Below are positions 1 through 7,916 of a stretch of 64,000 nt of DNA, one piece after another. How positions within the stretch are numbered: position 1 is the first letter of the stretch; every line of letters starts with the position of its first letter. Where the stretch lies: the NCBI GenBank assembly GCA_018268415.1, contig JAFDWO010000136.1, positions 494 through 64,493 of the forward strand, written 5' to 3'. Below the pieces are notes generated by a model that was not told the DNA's origin, ran no database searches, and saw only the letters and a list, made by a program, of their open reading frames with translations. The DNA comes from Actinomycetota bacterium. Lineage in GTDB: Bacteria; Actinomycetota; Thermoleophilia; Solirubrobacterales; 70-9. Both the position numbers and the translations under genes were made by a program.

Positions 1-1077
1 AATGCCGTCAAGCCGCAGCCGACCGACGTCAAGGTGATGACCCGGAACATCTACCTCGGCGCCGACCTCGGCCCGGCGATCGCGGCCAAAGGCGTCACCG
101 CGTTCACCGAGGCGACCGGCCAGATCCTCCGCGAAGTCACCGCCAACGACTTCCCGGTGCGGGCCAAGGGCCTGGCCAAGGAGATCCTGCAGAAGGAACC
201 CGACCTGGTCGGCCTGCAGGAGGTCGCCGAGTGGCGCACCGGGCCGCCCAGCCTCGAAACCCTGCTCGGCGGCTCGGCACCGCACGCGACCACCGTTCGC
301 TACGACTACCTCGCCGAACTCCTGAAGCAGCTGAACAAGGGCAAGCAGCGCTATCGCGCGGCGGTCGTCAACCCGGAGTTCGACTTCGAAGCGCCGGCCG
401 ATGAAAACGGGGCGCCCGGGGACGGGCCGAACTCGCTGATCGCCAACGCCGAGATCAACGGCCGGCTGACGATGCGCGACGTGATCCTCGCCAAGGTCGG
501 TCCCGAAGTGAAGGTCTCGAATCCCCGCAAGGGCCACTTCAAGAGCCTCCTCACCGAGGAAATCTCCGGCGCCAAGGTGACCGTGACCCGCGGCTGGGCC
601 TCGGTCGACGCGACCGTGAACGGCTCGACCCCGTTCCACCTCGTCGACACCCACCTCGAATCGTTCGACCCGCAGACGGTCGTGCCGAGCATCCGCGCCC
701 AGCAGGCCGCCGAACTAGTCGCCCCGAACGGGCCGCTGACGAGCAAGCTGCCGACGATCCTGGTTGGTGATCTCAACTCCGACACCAGGACGGCCGTCCA
801 GCCCGGCGATGGTCAGGCCTACGAAACGCTGGTCAAGGCCGGGATGCGGGAACGCAGCACCTACGAACCGCTCAGCTGCTGCCTCAAGACCTCGCTGCTG
901 CCGGTCGCCGACGGCGGCGCCGCGAGCCAGTTCGACCACAAGGTCGACCACATCATGACTCGCGACCCGAAGCAGGTGAAGCTGGTCAACTCCTCGGTCA
1001 CCGGCCGCAGCCCCCAGAACGGCTTCTGGGACTCCGACCACGCGGGCCTCTTCAGCACCCTGAAGATCTACCCCTGA
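1..1077 (+). CDS. endonuclease/exonuclease/phosphatase (EEP) family protein, probably truncated at the 5' window edge
   Basis: ORF 34..1077 (347 aa). The frame stays open back to nt 1. NIYLGADL near the N-terminus and GDLNSD, DHIM, SDHAGL near the C-terminus fit the EEP metal-phosphoesterase fold. Confidence 0.75.
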   Translation, partial: NAVKPQPTDVKVMTRNIYLGADLGPAIAAKGVTAFTEATGQILREVTANDFPVRAKGLAKEILQKEPDLVGLQEVAEWRTGPPSLETLLGGSAPHATTVRYDYLAELLKQLNKGKQRYRAAVVNPEFDFEAPADENGAPGDGPNSLIANAEINGRLTMRDVILAKVGPEVKVSNPRKGHFKSLLTEEISGAKVTVTRGWASVDATVNGSTPFHLVDTHLESFDPQTVVPSIRAQQAAELVAPNGPLTSKLPTILVGDLNSDTRTAVQPGDGQAYETLVKAGMRERSTYEPLSCCLKTSLLPVADGGAASQFDHKVDHIMTRDPKQVKLVNSSVTGRSPQNGFWDSDHAGLFSTLKIYP

Positions 1078-1084
1078 CGACGGC

Positions 1085-1133
1085 GTTGACGGGCCGAAAA
1101 CTCCAGACATAGTGGAGTTTTCGGCCCACCAAC
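1085..1133. repeat. REP-like palindromic element, copy 1 (GTTGACGGGCCGAAAACTCC ... GGAGTTTTCGGCCCACCAAC)
   Basis: 20-bp arms with 2 mismatches and a 9-nt loop. Same family as 8635..8683 and 15360..15408. Lies just downstream of the EEP gene stop. Confidence 0.85.
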
Positions 1134-1163
1134 CGGTGTGGCGCGCGGCCGGCTGGGGCCCGA

Positions 1164-1345
1164 GGGAAGGGCCGGCGCTCAGGCAAGCCGGCGCCCGGGA
1201 AGGGACGGGGGCCTGGGTGAGCCGGCGCCCGTGGGGGAAGGGCCCCCGGCCCCTCAAGCTGCCGCCCGTGGGGAAGGGTCCCCGGCCCCCCTCAAGCTGC
1301 CGCCCGCGGGAAAAGGCCCCCGGTCCCCTCGAGCTGCCGCCCATG
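1164..1345. repeat. tandem array, about 5 copies of a 33-38 bp unit (GGGAAGGG..CCGG..CTCAAGCTGCCGCCC)
   Basis: GGGAAGGG or GGGAAAAGG recurs at 1164, 1197, 1235, 1271 and 1308. The last three units are near-identical. There are no unique spacers between units. Confidence 0.8.
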
Positions 1346-1502
1346 GCGCAAAGGGATGCGGCCGTCTCGTCCACGGCCCGGGCAGGCTGTGGCCGTGGCC
1401 GAGACGGCCGGGGGTGCGGGGAGCGGGCGGGGGAAGCACGGAAGGCCCCCGCGGGAGGGTGCGGGAGAGTGAGGCGGATCCCTCACGCGAGGGACACGGG
1501 TC

Positions 1503-1621
1503 TCCCACGGATCCCCCGATCCCGGCGTCCGGGGGCCGGAGGGTGCGACCGATCCGTCACGGGACCGTCACCGAAGGGGGACCCCGTCACGGAGACGTAG
1601 GGAACGTCACCCTTCCCTCCC
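1503..1621. repeat. about 118-bp dispersed repeat unit, copy 1 (TCCCACGGA..CCCGGCGTCCGGGGGCCGG..CCGTCACGGGACCGTCAC..CCCCGTCACGGAGACG..GGGAACGTCAC..CCTCCC)
   Basis: Aligns by eye along its full length with 1691..1806 with few mismatches. Its 3' 40 nt recur at 12541..12580 and, inverted, at 1923..1953. Confidence 0.8.
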
Positions 1622-1654
1622 ACCCTTCGCCATTACTCAAGGATCTCCGTGTTT

Positions 1655-1681
1655 AGTTTCGGTTGCTCAGCAACCAAAACT
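1655..1681. repeat. hairpin AGTTTcGGTTGC-TCA-GCAACCaAAACT
   Basis: Inverted repeat read directly from the sequence. It sits between the two 118-bp units. Confidence 0.6.
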
Positions 1682-1690
1682 CGACGCGCG

Positions 1691-1806
1691 TCCCACGGAC
1701 CCCCGATCCCGGCGTCCGGGGGCCGGAAGTGCGACCCTTCCGTCACGGGACCGTCACGGAAGAGCGACCCCGTCACGAAGACGTCGGGAACTCCACGCCT
1801 CCTCCC
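1691..1806. repeat. about 118-bp dispersed repeat unit, copy 2
   Basis: See 1503..1621. Confidence 0.8.
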
Positions 1807-1830
1807 GTGTTGTCCAACGCTCACGGACGC

Positions 1831-1874
1831 GTTCCGGACTTTGACCCTGCCATGGCAGGGTCAAAGTCCGGAAC
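1831..1874. repeat. 44-bp perfect palindrome GTTCCGGACTTTGACCCTGCCA|TGGCAGGGTCAAAGTCCGGAAC
   Basis: Left half 1831..1852 is the exact reverse complement of 1853..1874, with a central CCATGG. Flanked on both sides by copies of the GTCACGAAGACG..GGGAAC motif in opposite orientation. Confidence 0.9.
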
Positions 1875-1922
1875 GTGTTCCCGGGCCCTCCTTCCGGGCC
1901 CGGGAACGGACCAAAGGGTCCC

Positions 1923-1953
1923 GGGAGGGTGACGTTCCCGGCATCTTTGTGAC
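1923..1953. repeat. inverted partial copy of the repeat-unit 3' end (GGGAGGGTGACGTTCCCGGCATCTTTGTGAC)
   Basis: The reverse complement GTCACAAAGATGCCGGGAACGTCACCCTCCC matches 1586..1621, 1772..1806 and 12545..12580. Confidence 0.7.
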
Positions 1954-2016
1954 CGATCGGGGCGGGGTGTGGCCCCTCCCGCACGGACCCGTCACGGAAG
2001 TCCGACCCCCTCCCGT

Positions 2017-2070
2017 CCCGGGCGCCTCATGGCGCTCACAGCCTGCCAGGAGCGCCATGAGGCGCCCGGG
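2017..2070. repeat. inverted repeat with perfect 21-bp arms (CCCGGGCGCCTCATGGCGCTC / GAGCGCCATGAGGCGCCCGGG) and a 12-nt loop
   Basis: Read directly from the sequence. Confidence 0.85.
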
Positions 2071-2072
2071 AC

Positions 2073-2235
2073 CATCTCGGACGGGTGCGGGGCCCGGGGT
2101 CGCGCCGCATCTCGGACGGGCGCGGGGGCCCGGGGTCGGGACGCAACTCGGACGGGCGCGCGACCCGGGCCGCTCCGCATCGCCGCCCCCGTGCCGCATC
2201 TCGGACGGGTGCCACGCCCACGAGTCGCGCCTGGC
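2073..2235. repeat. tandem array, about 5 copies of a 29-36 bp unit (CATCTCGGACGGGYGCGGGGCCCGGGGTCG)
   Basis: CATCTCGGACGGG or CAACTCGGACGGG occurs at 2073, 2108, 2144 and 2206, with a degenerate copy at 2177. A further CAACTCGG lies near 2358. Confidence 0.75.
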
Positions 2236-2253
2236 CCTTCTCGACGGTCCCGC

Positions 2254-2304
2254 CCCTCCGCTAGTTCCTATGCGCCTCATAGGCGCATAAGGAACAGCGG
2301 AGGG
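2254..2304. repeat. imperfect inverted repeat CCCTCCGCTAGTTCCTATGCGCCT-cat-AGGCGCATAAGGAACAGCGGAGGG
   Basis: About 23-bp arms with two single-nt indels. Confidence 0.7.
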
Positions 2305-2456
2305 ATCTCGGGGACGGCGGGACGGGCGCGGACCGCGCCGCCCCGCGCCCCCCAGGACGCAACTCGGCCGGCCGGCCCGGCCGCGAGCCACGCCCGACCC
2401 CCCCGCCAGCCTCAAACGCCGTGGAAGCCTGCCGGTGCTGGGATCGCCGGCGCTGC

Positions 2457-2864
2457 TCAGCCGGCGCCGGCGACGGTGCCGACGAATTCGGCGACTTCTT
2501 TTTGCTGCTCGGGATTCAGGATCCCGGGGGGCATCCGGCCGGGGGCGGAGGAGTCGACGCCTTCCTTCTCCGCGTTGAGGACGCGTTCGGCGACGCCTTT
2601 GGCCGCTTCCGGCGTTTCGGCCTGGCCGGACGGGGCGAGAAGTTCGTCGAGGTCGGGGCCGTAGTTGCCGTCGGTGCCCGCCGCGTAGAGCGTGTGGCAG
2701 GTGCCGCAGTTGGTCTGGAAGAGCGCCTGGCCCTGTTTCAGGTTCGCGGGCACGGCTTCAACGCCCGTGTTTGCGTCGCCGCTGCCGCGGAACGCCAGCC
2801 ACGGGATGACCACCGCGAGGACGAAGACCAAGAGGCCGAAGGTGATGAAAGTGCTCTTCTTCAT
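2457..2864 (-). CDS. membrane-anchored class I c-type cytochrome
   Basis: 135 aa. N-terminal hydrophobic helix (FITFGLLVFVLAVVIPWLAF) and a single haem-binding CGTCH (CxxCH) motif. Confidence 0.8.
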   Translation of the reverse strand: MKKSTFITFGLLVFVLAVVIPWLAFRGSGDANTGVEAVPANLKQGQALFQTNCGTCHTLYAAGTDGNYGPDLDELLAPSGQAETPEAAKGVAERVLNAEKEGVDSSAPGRMPPGILNPEQQKEVAEFVGTVAGAG

Positions 2865-2935
2865 GGAGAGGCGGCGCGGATACTAACTCGCGGCACCCCC
2901 AGAGGCGGCGTCGCCACCCGCCGGCGCCGGCGGGG

Positions 2936-3658
2936 TCACCCGTCCGCGATCAGCTCGCGGTGGTCCAGCTCCCGGTACCAAGGGCACATCCGGCGCAGGT
3001 CGCAGTCCCCGCATTTCGGCTTGGGACGGCAAAGCGTGCGCCCGTGGCGGATCAGGTTGACGTGCAGCTCGTAGGCGTCCTCGGGCGGCACGACGGCCAG
3101 CATCTCGTCGTGGGCGCGCTCGAGCGAGGCCTTCGCCGGGAACAGCCCGAGTCGCCCGCCGACCCGGTGGATGTGGACGTCGACCGGGATCTCCGGCAGG
3201 CCCCAGCTGAAGATCAGGACGCAGGCGGCGGTTTTGCGGCCGACGCCGGGCAGGCTCAGGAGATAGGCGCGTGACTCCTCGATCGGCGCGTCCTCGGTCC
3301 AGTCGAGGTTCGGCTCCGGCCCCAGCTCGCGCAGGATCGCCTGGATCCGCGGCGCCTTCTGTTGCGCCAGCCCGCCCGGCCGGATCGCGTCCTCGACCTC
3401 CCCGACCGGCGCGTCGCGCACTTCGTCCCAGCTCGGGAAGCGCGCCCGCAGCAGTTCGAAGGCGCGCCCGCTGTTGCGGTCGTTGGTGTGCTGGGACAGG
3501 ATCGTCAGCACCAGCTCGTCGATCGGCCGCCGGTTCGGCTCGTTGACCGGCACCCCGTACATCTCCCGCAGCCGTTCGCGGATCGCGCGCACCCGCCGTC
3601 TGTCCGGGCGTCGCCAGACAGGTTTGTTTTCGCGCTTGTTCGGGGAGGTCGTCGCCAT
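2936..3658 (-). CDS. nth: endonuclease III-type HhH-GPD DNA glycosylase with a 4Fe-4S cluster
   Basis: 240 aa. HhH motif LPGVGRKTAACVL and C-terminal C-x6-C-x2-C-x5-C (CRPKPKCGDCDLRRMC). Confidence 0.8.
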   Translation of the reverse strand: MATTSPNKRENKPVWRRPDRRRVRAIRERLREMYGVPVNEPNRRPIDELVLTILSQHTNDRNSGRAFELLRARFPSWDEVRDAPVGEVEDAIRPGGLAQQKAPRIQAILRELGPEPNLDWTEDAPIEESRAYLLSLPGVGRKTAACVLIFSWGLPEIPVDVHIHRVGGRLGLFPAKASLERAHDEMLAVVPPEDAYELHVNLIRHGRTLCRPKPKCGDCDLRRMCPWYRELDHRELIADG

Positions 3659-3700
3659 CGTCAGGGTCCCTGCTTAACGCAGGATTACAATCGAGGTTTC

Positions 3701-4498
3701 ATGTCGCGTGTCTTCTCTGCTGTCACCGCCAGGCTGCCCAAGGGTTGGGGCGACGCCGGGAGGCAGCTCGGGATCCTCGTCCTCGTCGACCTGATCTACG
3801 AGCTCGGCCGTGGCCTCGCAGATCAAAGCAGGCCTGACGCGATGCGCCACGGCGCCCAGATCATCGACTTCGAGCGCTCTACCCACACGCTCTTCGAGCC
3901 GGCTCTGCAGAAGCTCTTCCTCCCCGCCCAGTGGACGATCGACGCCGCCAACTTCCTCTACATCAACGCCCAGTTCTCGATCGCGCTCGGCTTCCTCGTC
4001 TGGCTCTACCTGTTCCGCAACGAGTCGTACTACTTCGTGCGCAACATGTTCGTGGTCTCGATGTGCCTGGCGCTGATCGGTTACATCGGCTTCCCGACCG
4101 CGCCGCCGCGGATGTTCCCGCAGGATGGGTTCATCGACACGATCGTCAAGTTCTCCTCGATCAACCACGACTCGGCGATCGCCAAGGTCTTCATCAACCC
4201 CTACGCGGCGGTGCCGAGCATGCACTGCGCCTTCGCGCTGATGATCGGCGCCTCCGGGATCGCCGTCTGCCGCCACTGGTGGGCGAAAGCGTGGTGGGCC
4301 TTCTGGCCGATCCTGATCGCCTGGGTGGTGATGGTCACCGCCAACCATTATTGGGTCGACTGGGCGCTCGGCTGGATGGTCGCGGTGGCGGCGTTCGCGA
4401 TCGCCAAAGGCGCGCTGGCGCGCTGGAAACCGGAGGCCTGGGACTGGCAGTCGCCGAACCGAAGGCGCAGCGGGCAGCCGCAGGAGGTCGAGGCTTAG
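3701..4498 (+). CDS. PAP2_3 / lipid-phosphate-phosphotransferase-like integral membrane protein (IPC-synthase-like)
   Basis: Internal ATG at 3701 of ORF 3362..4498; the upstream part is antisense to nth. Several hydrophobic segments. PSMHCAF (SxH) and NHYWVDW (HxxxD) motifs. A TACAAT box lies at 3686..3691. Confidence 0.65.
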   Translation: MSRVFSAVTARLPKGWGDAGRQLGILVLVDLIYELGRGLADQSRPDAMRHGAQIIDFERSTHTLFEPALQKLFLPAQWTIDAANFLYINAQFSIALGFLVWLYLFRNESYYFVRNMFVVSMCLALIGYIGFPTAPPRMFPQDGFIDTIVKFSSINHDSAIAKVFINPYAAVPSMHCAFALMIGASGIAVCRHWWAKAWWAFWPILIAWVVMVTANHYWVDWALGWMVAVAAFAIAKGALARWKPEAWDWQSPNRRRSGQPQEVEA

Positions 4499-4570
4499 GA
4501 GGGAATCGGGCGCGTCGACGAGCCGATTTGTCCGGCGGGCCGCCCCACGACCCTCTAGCCTCATAAGTCG

Positions 4571-5260
4571 ATGGCATCGTCGACGGCGCCCCCGCGGGCA
4601 CCCGGTGGCCGCAACGGCCGCCCCGCCCCGCCCCGCAACAGCCAGGAGCTGCGCGCGTACGCCCGCGACCGCCTGATCGAGTCGCGGCTGACGCCGAACG
4701 CGATCTCGCTGATGGGGCTCTTCGGCAACCTCGTCGCCGCCTTCCTGGTCACCCAACGGCTCTTCTTCCTCGCCGGCGTCGCCTTCATCCTCGGCTCGGT
4801 GATGGACACGCTCGACGGCCGTTACTCGCGGATGTCGGGGAAGGGGACGCTCTTCGGTGCTTTCCTCGACTCGACCCTCGACCGGATCGAGGAGGGGATC
4901 GTGATCGCAGCTGTCGCCGGCTACTTCGCCTCGCGCGGGGAAGACTTCGCCGCGGCGATCTGCGTGGTCGCCGTGCTCGGCTCGCTGATGGTCTCCTACA
5001 CGCGCGCCCGGGCCGAGGCGCTGGGGGTCGAGTGCAAGGTCGGCCTCGCCACTCGCCCGGTTCGCGTGGTGCTACTTTCGATCGGCTTGATCTTCGCCAA
5101 GGGCGCCGGAATCGGGGATTTCGAACTCCTCGCACCGGCGATCTACGTCATCGCCGGTCTGACGATCTTCACCGTCTTCCAGCGCGTCTGGCACGTTCGC
5201 AACGAACTGACCCGGATGGACGCGAGCGCGGCGGACGAGGGCGAGGGCGGGCCGTCGTAG
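4571..5260 (+). CDS. CDP-alcohol phosphatidyltransferase (phosphatidylinositol-phosphate synthase-like)
   Basis: 229 aa membrane protein. DTLDGRYSRMSGKGTLFGAFLDSTLD matches D-x2-DG-x2-(A/S)R-x8-G-x3-D-x3-D. Sits next to ino1. Confidence 0.8.
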   Translation: MASSTAPPRAPGGRNGRPAPPRNSQELRAYARDRLIESRLTPNAISLMGLFGNLVAAFLVTQRLFFLAGVAFILGSVMDTLDGRYSRMSGKGTLFGAFLDSTLDRIEEGIVIAAVAGYFASRGEDFAAAICVVAVLGSLMVSYTRARAEALGVECKVGLATRPVRVVLLSIGLIFAKGAGIGDFELLAPAIYVIAGLTIFTVFQRVWHVRNELTRMDASAADEGEGGPS

Positions 5261-5343
5261 GGCCCTGCAAGTCTGTAACCAGCACGGGCGCCGGGTGTCC
5301 TTACCCACTCAGCGCCATTCCTTGAGGAGGAACCAGAGAACTT

Positions 5344-6489
5344 ATGAGCGAGAGCAACGGAGCACACGGGCGCGACGAGGCCAAGGTCCGCGTCGCGATC
5401 GTCGGGGTCGGCAACTGCGCCAACTCCTTCATCCAGGGCGTCCACTACTACAAGGACGCCGATCCGACCGACGAAGTCCCGGGCCTGATGCACGTCGACC
5501 TCGGCGGGTACCACGTGCGTGACGTCGAGTTCGTCGCCGCCTTCGACATCGACCAGGAGAAGGTCGGCAAGGACCTCTCCGAGGCGATGTGGTCGGGGCA
5601 GAACGACACGATCAAGTTCGCCGACGTGCCGCACATCGGCGTCACCGTCCAGCGCGGCATGACCCACGACGGCCTCGGCAAGTACCTGAAAGAGAAAATC
5701 ACCAAGGCGCCCGGCGAAACCGTCGATGTCGTGAAAGTCCTCCAGGACACGAAGGCCGACGTCGTCGTCTGCTACCTGCCGGTCGGCTCCGAGGACGCCA
5801 CCAAGTGGTACGTCGAACAGGCCCTCAAAGCCGGCGTCGGCGTCGTCAACTGCCTGCCGGTGTTCATCGCCCGCGAGGACTACTGGGACAAGCAGTTCGA
5901 GAAAGCCGGGCTGCCGATCATCGGTGACGACATCAAGAGCCAGGTCGGCGCGACGATCGTCCACCGCCAGCTCGCCCGCCTGTTCCACGACCGCGGCGTG
6001 CGCCTCGAGCGGACCTCGCAGCTGAACGTCGGCGGCAACATGGACTTCTACAACATGCTCGAGCGCGAGCGGCTGGACTCGAAGAAGATCTCGAAGACCA
6101 ACGCCGTCACCTCGATCATGGGGCATGACCTGCCGCCCGAGAACGTCCACGTTGGCCCCTCCGACTACGTGCCGTGGCTGACCGATCGCAAGTGGGCGCA
6201 CATCCGCCTCGAGGGCAAAGCCTTCGGGGACGTGCCGCTGACCGCGGAGCTGAAGCTCGAGGTCTGGGACTCGCCGAACTCGGCCGGCGTCGTGATCGAC
6301 GCGGTGCGGCTGATCAAGCTGGCGTTGAACAACGGCATCTCGGGCCAGCTCGACGGCCCCTCCAGCTACCTGATGAAGAGCCCCCACTCGCAGCGTCCCG
6401 ACGACGAAGCGCGGGAACTGACCGAGGAATTCATCGAGGTCAACGCGCGCGGCGCGCGGACGCCGGTGGCCGAAGTTCCGCAGGACTGA
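5344..6489 (+). CDS. ino1: myo-inositol-1-phosphate (inositol-3-phosphate) synthase
   Basis: 381 aa. N-terminal Rossmann [22 protein letters not shown] and overall actinobacterial Ino1-like sequence. GAGGAGG RBS upstream. Confidence 0.9.
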   Translation: MSESNGAHGRDEAKVRVAIVGVGNCANSFIQGVHYYKDADPTDEVPGLMHVDLGGYHVRDVEFVAAFDIDQEKVGKDLSEAMWSGQNDTIKFADVPHIGVTVQRGMTHDGLGKYLKEKITKAPGETVDVVKVLQDTKADVVVCYLPVGSEDATKWYVEQALKAGVGVVNCLPVFIAREDYWDKQFEKAGLPIIGDDIKSQVGATIVHRQLARLFHDRGVRLERTSQLNVGGNMDFYNMLERERLDSKKISKTNAVTSIMGHDLPPENVHVGPSDYVPWLTDRKWAHIRLEGKAFGDVPLTAELKLEVWDSPNSAGVVIDAVRLIKLALNNGISGQLDGPSSYLMKSPHSQRPDDEARELTEEFIEVNARGARTPVAEVPQD

Positions 6490-6497
6490 GTCGAGGC

Positions 6498-6564
6498 GGG
6501 GGAGCGGGGTGACCCCTCTCTCACGAACAGCAGGGAGGTTCGTTCGGGGTCACCCCGCTCCCCC
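6498..6564 (+). terminator. long GC hairpin downstream of ino1 (19-bp outer arms GGGGGAGCGGGGTGACCCC / GGGGTCACCCCGCTCCCCC plus inner ACGAAC/GTTCGT stem)
   Basis: Starts 9 nt after the ino1 stop. No U-tract, so it resembles the hairpin-only terminators described in high-GC actinobacteria. Confidence 0.6.
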
Positions 6565-6611
6565 TCGTCTCGCAGGAGCCTGCTTCGGCGGGCTCCTATT
6601 GTTTAGCTGAC

Positions 6612-7916
6612 GTGCCCTTGTCCCAGTCCTTGACGATTGCGCAGGTTTCGCCGCACCGGCGGACGACGCGGAAACCGGTAAACGAATTTGTCGCGCGGCT
6701 GAGTGAGGAGCTGGCGGCGCGGGGGCACAAGGTGGTGCGGATCGGCAGTGGCGAGCCGGTGAAGCGGCCGCTCACCGCGCGGCCCTTCGACGTCGTCCAC
6801 GTTCATGAGCCGTTCGCGCCGAGCGTCTCTGCGGCGGCGCTCCGGCACTCGGTCTCACTGAACGTGGCGACCTTCCACGCGCCGCAGGAGCGGGTGCTCT
6901 CCACGCAGGTGGCGCGGCCCCTGGTGGAGATCTTCTTCGGGCGGATCGACGCCCGCACGGTCACCAGCGGAGCGACCGCGGAGCTTCTCGATGGCTATTT
7001 CCCGGCGAGCTACGAGCTGGTCGGCCCGCCCGCGGACGGGCGCGACTGGGCCGCCGTCGCCGACGACTTCGAAGCTGTCTACGAGCGTGTCCTCGCGCGG
7101 CGTCACGACCCGACCGGGGATCCGCAGCTGCGCGCCCGGCTGGCCCGGCGACCCCTGATCGAGGTCGACCTCCACATGCACACCGACCACTCCGGCGATT
7201 GTGCGACGCCGGTCGAGGTCCTCCTGCAGACGGCGCGGGACCGGGGGCTCGGGGCGATCGCGATCACCGACCACAACGAGGTCTCGGGGGCGCTGGAGGC
7301 GGCGGAGATCGCCGCCGGGATGGACGACCTCAAGGTGATCGTCGCCGAGGAGGTGAAGACCGCCGAGCAGGGCGAGGTGATCGGCCTCTTCCTCAAGGAG
7401 AAGATCCCCAAGGGGCTGACGATGGCGGAGACGATCGCCGCGATCCGCGAGCAGGGCGGCCTCGTCTACGTCCCGCACCCCTTCGACCGCTTCCACTCGG
7501 TGCCCGACTACGAGCACCTGCTCGACATCGTCGAGGACGTCGACCTGCTGGAGGTCTTCAACCCGCGGGTCATGCTCACCTCCTTCAACGAGGAGGCGGT
7601 GCGCTTCGCGAGCAAGTACCGGATCATCCCGGCGGCCGGGTCGGACTCCCACGTCGCCCAGGGGTTGGGGAGCGTGCGGCAGCGGATCCATGACTTCGAC
7701 GGGCCGGCCGAGTTCCTGGAGGCGATGCGGGACGCCGACATCACCCGCAAGCACAAGAACCTGGTCTACGTCCAAACCCTCAAGTTCCTGCAGACGACGG
7801 GGCGGCCGAAGGCGCCGAAACGGCGCGTCAGCAACGCCAAACCGGCGCGTGGGGGGCGGCCGCGGCGGCCCGTCTCGGCCCGCCGGACGGCGGGTGGCGG
7901 GGCCGGCAAGAGCTGA
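6612..7916 (+). CDS. fusion protein: degenerate GT4-like N-terminal region plus PHP-family metal-dependent phosphoesterase domain
   Basis: 434 aa. Residues about 1-180 resemble a glycosyltransferase family 4 N-domain (VVHVHEPFAPS) but lack most of the C-terminal Rossmann half. Residues about 185-400 carry PHP motifs (DLHMHTDHSGD, ITDHNEVSG, YVPHPFD, GSDSH). Confidence 0.65.
   Translation: MPLSQSLTIAQVSPHRRTTRKPVNEFVARLSEELAARGHKVVRIGSGEPVKRPLTARPFDVVHVHEPFAPSVSAAALRHSVSLNVATFHAPQERVLSTQVARPLVEIFFGRIDARTVTSGATAELLDGYFPASYELVGPPADGRDWAAVADDFEAVYERVLARRHDPTGDPQLRARLARRPLIEVDLHMHTDHSGDCATPVEVLLQTARDRGLGAIAITDHNEVSGALEAAEIAAGMDDLKVIVAEEVKTAEQGEVIGLFLKEKIPKGLTMAETIAAIREQGGLVYVPHPFDRFHSVPDYEHLLDIVEDVDLLEVFNPRVMLTSFNEEAVRFASKYRIIPAAGSDSHVAQGLGSVRQRIHDFDGPAEFLEAMRDADITRKHKNLVYVQTLKFLQTTGRPKAPKRRVSNAKPARGGRPRRPVSARRTAGGGAGKS

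Noticed and set aside
1164-2235. Possible CRISPR array, because of repeats with a period of about 35 bp
   Set aside because: Units are head-to-tail with no unique spacers and are degenerate. No cas genes or leader are present in the window.
1112-2664. Several overlapping 160-230-aa ORFs in all frames across the repeat region (for example 1112..1600, 1649..2290, 1969..2664, 1861..2415 minus)
   Set aside because: Translations are low-complexity Pro/Arg/Gly/Ala strings that simply follow the repeats. Mutually overlapping frames on both strands are typical of high-GC non-coding DNA. No start or RBS context and no motif.
3674-4756. Long antisense or shadow ORFs opposite real genes (3674..4756 minus, 5143..6387 minus, 6855..7958 minus, 11424.. 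minus, 40292..42190 minus, 46146..48593 minus, 26309..27892 minus and others)
   Set aside because: Arg/Asp/Gly/Pro-rich translations without motifs. The opposite strand carries clearly recognisable enzymes. This is the expected artefact of stop-codon scarcity at about 70% GC.
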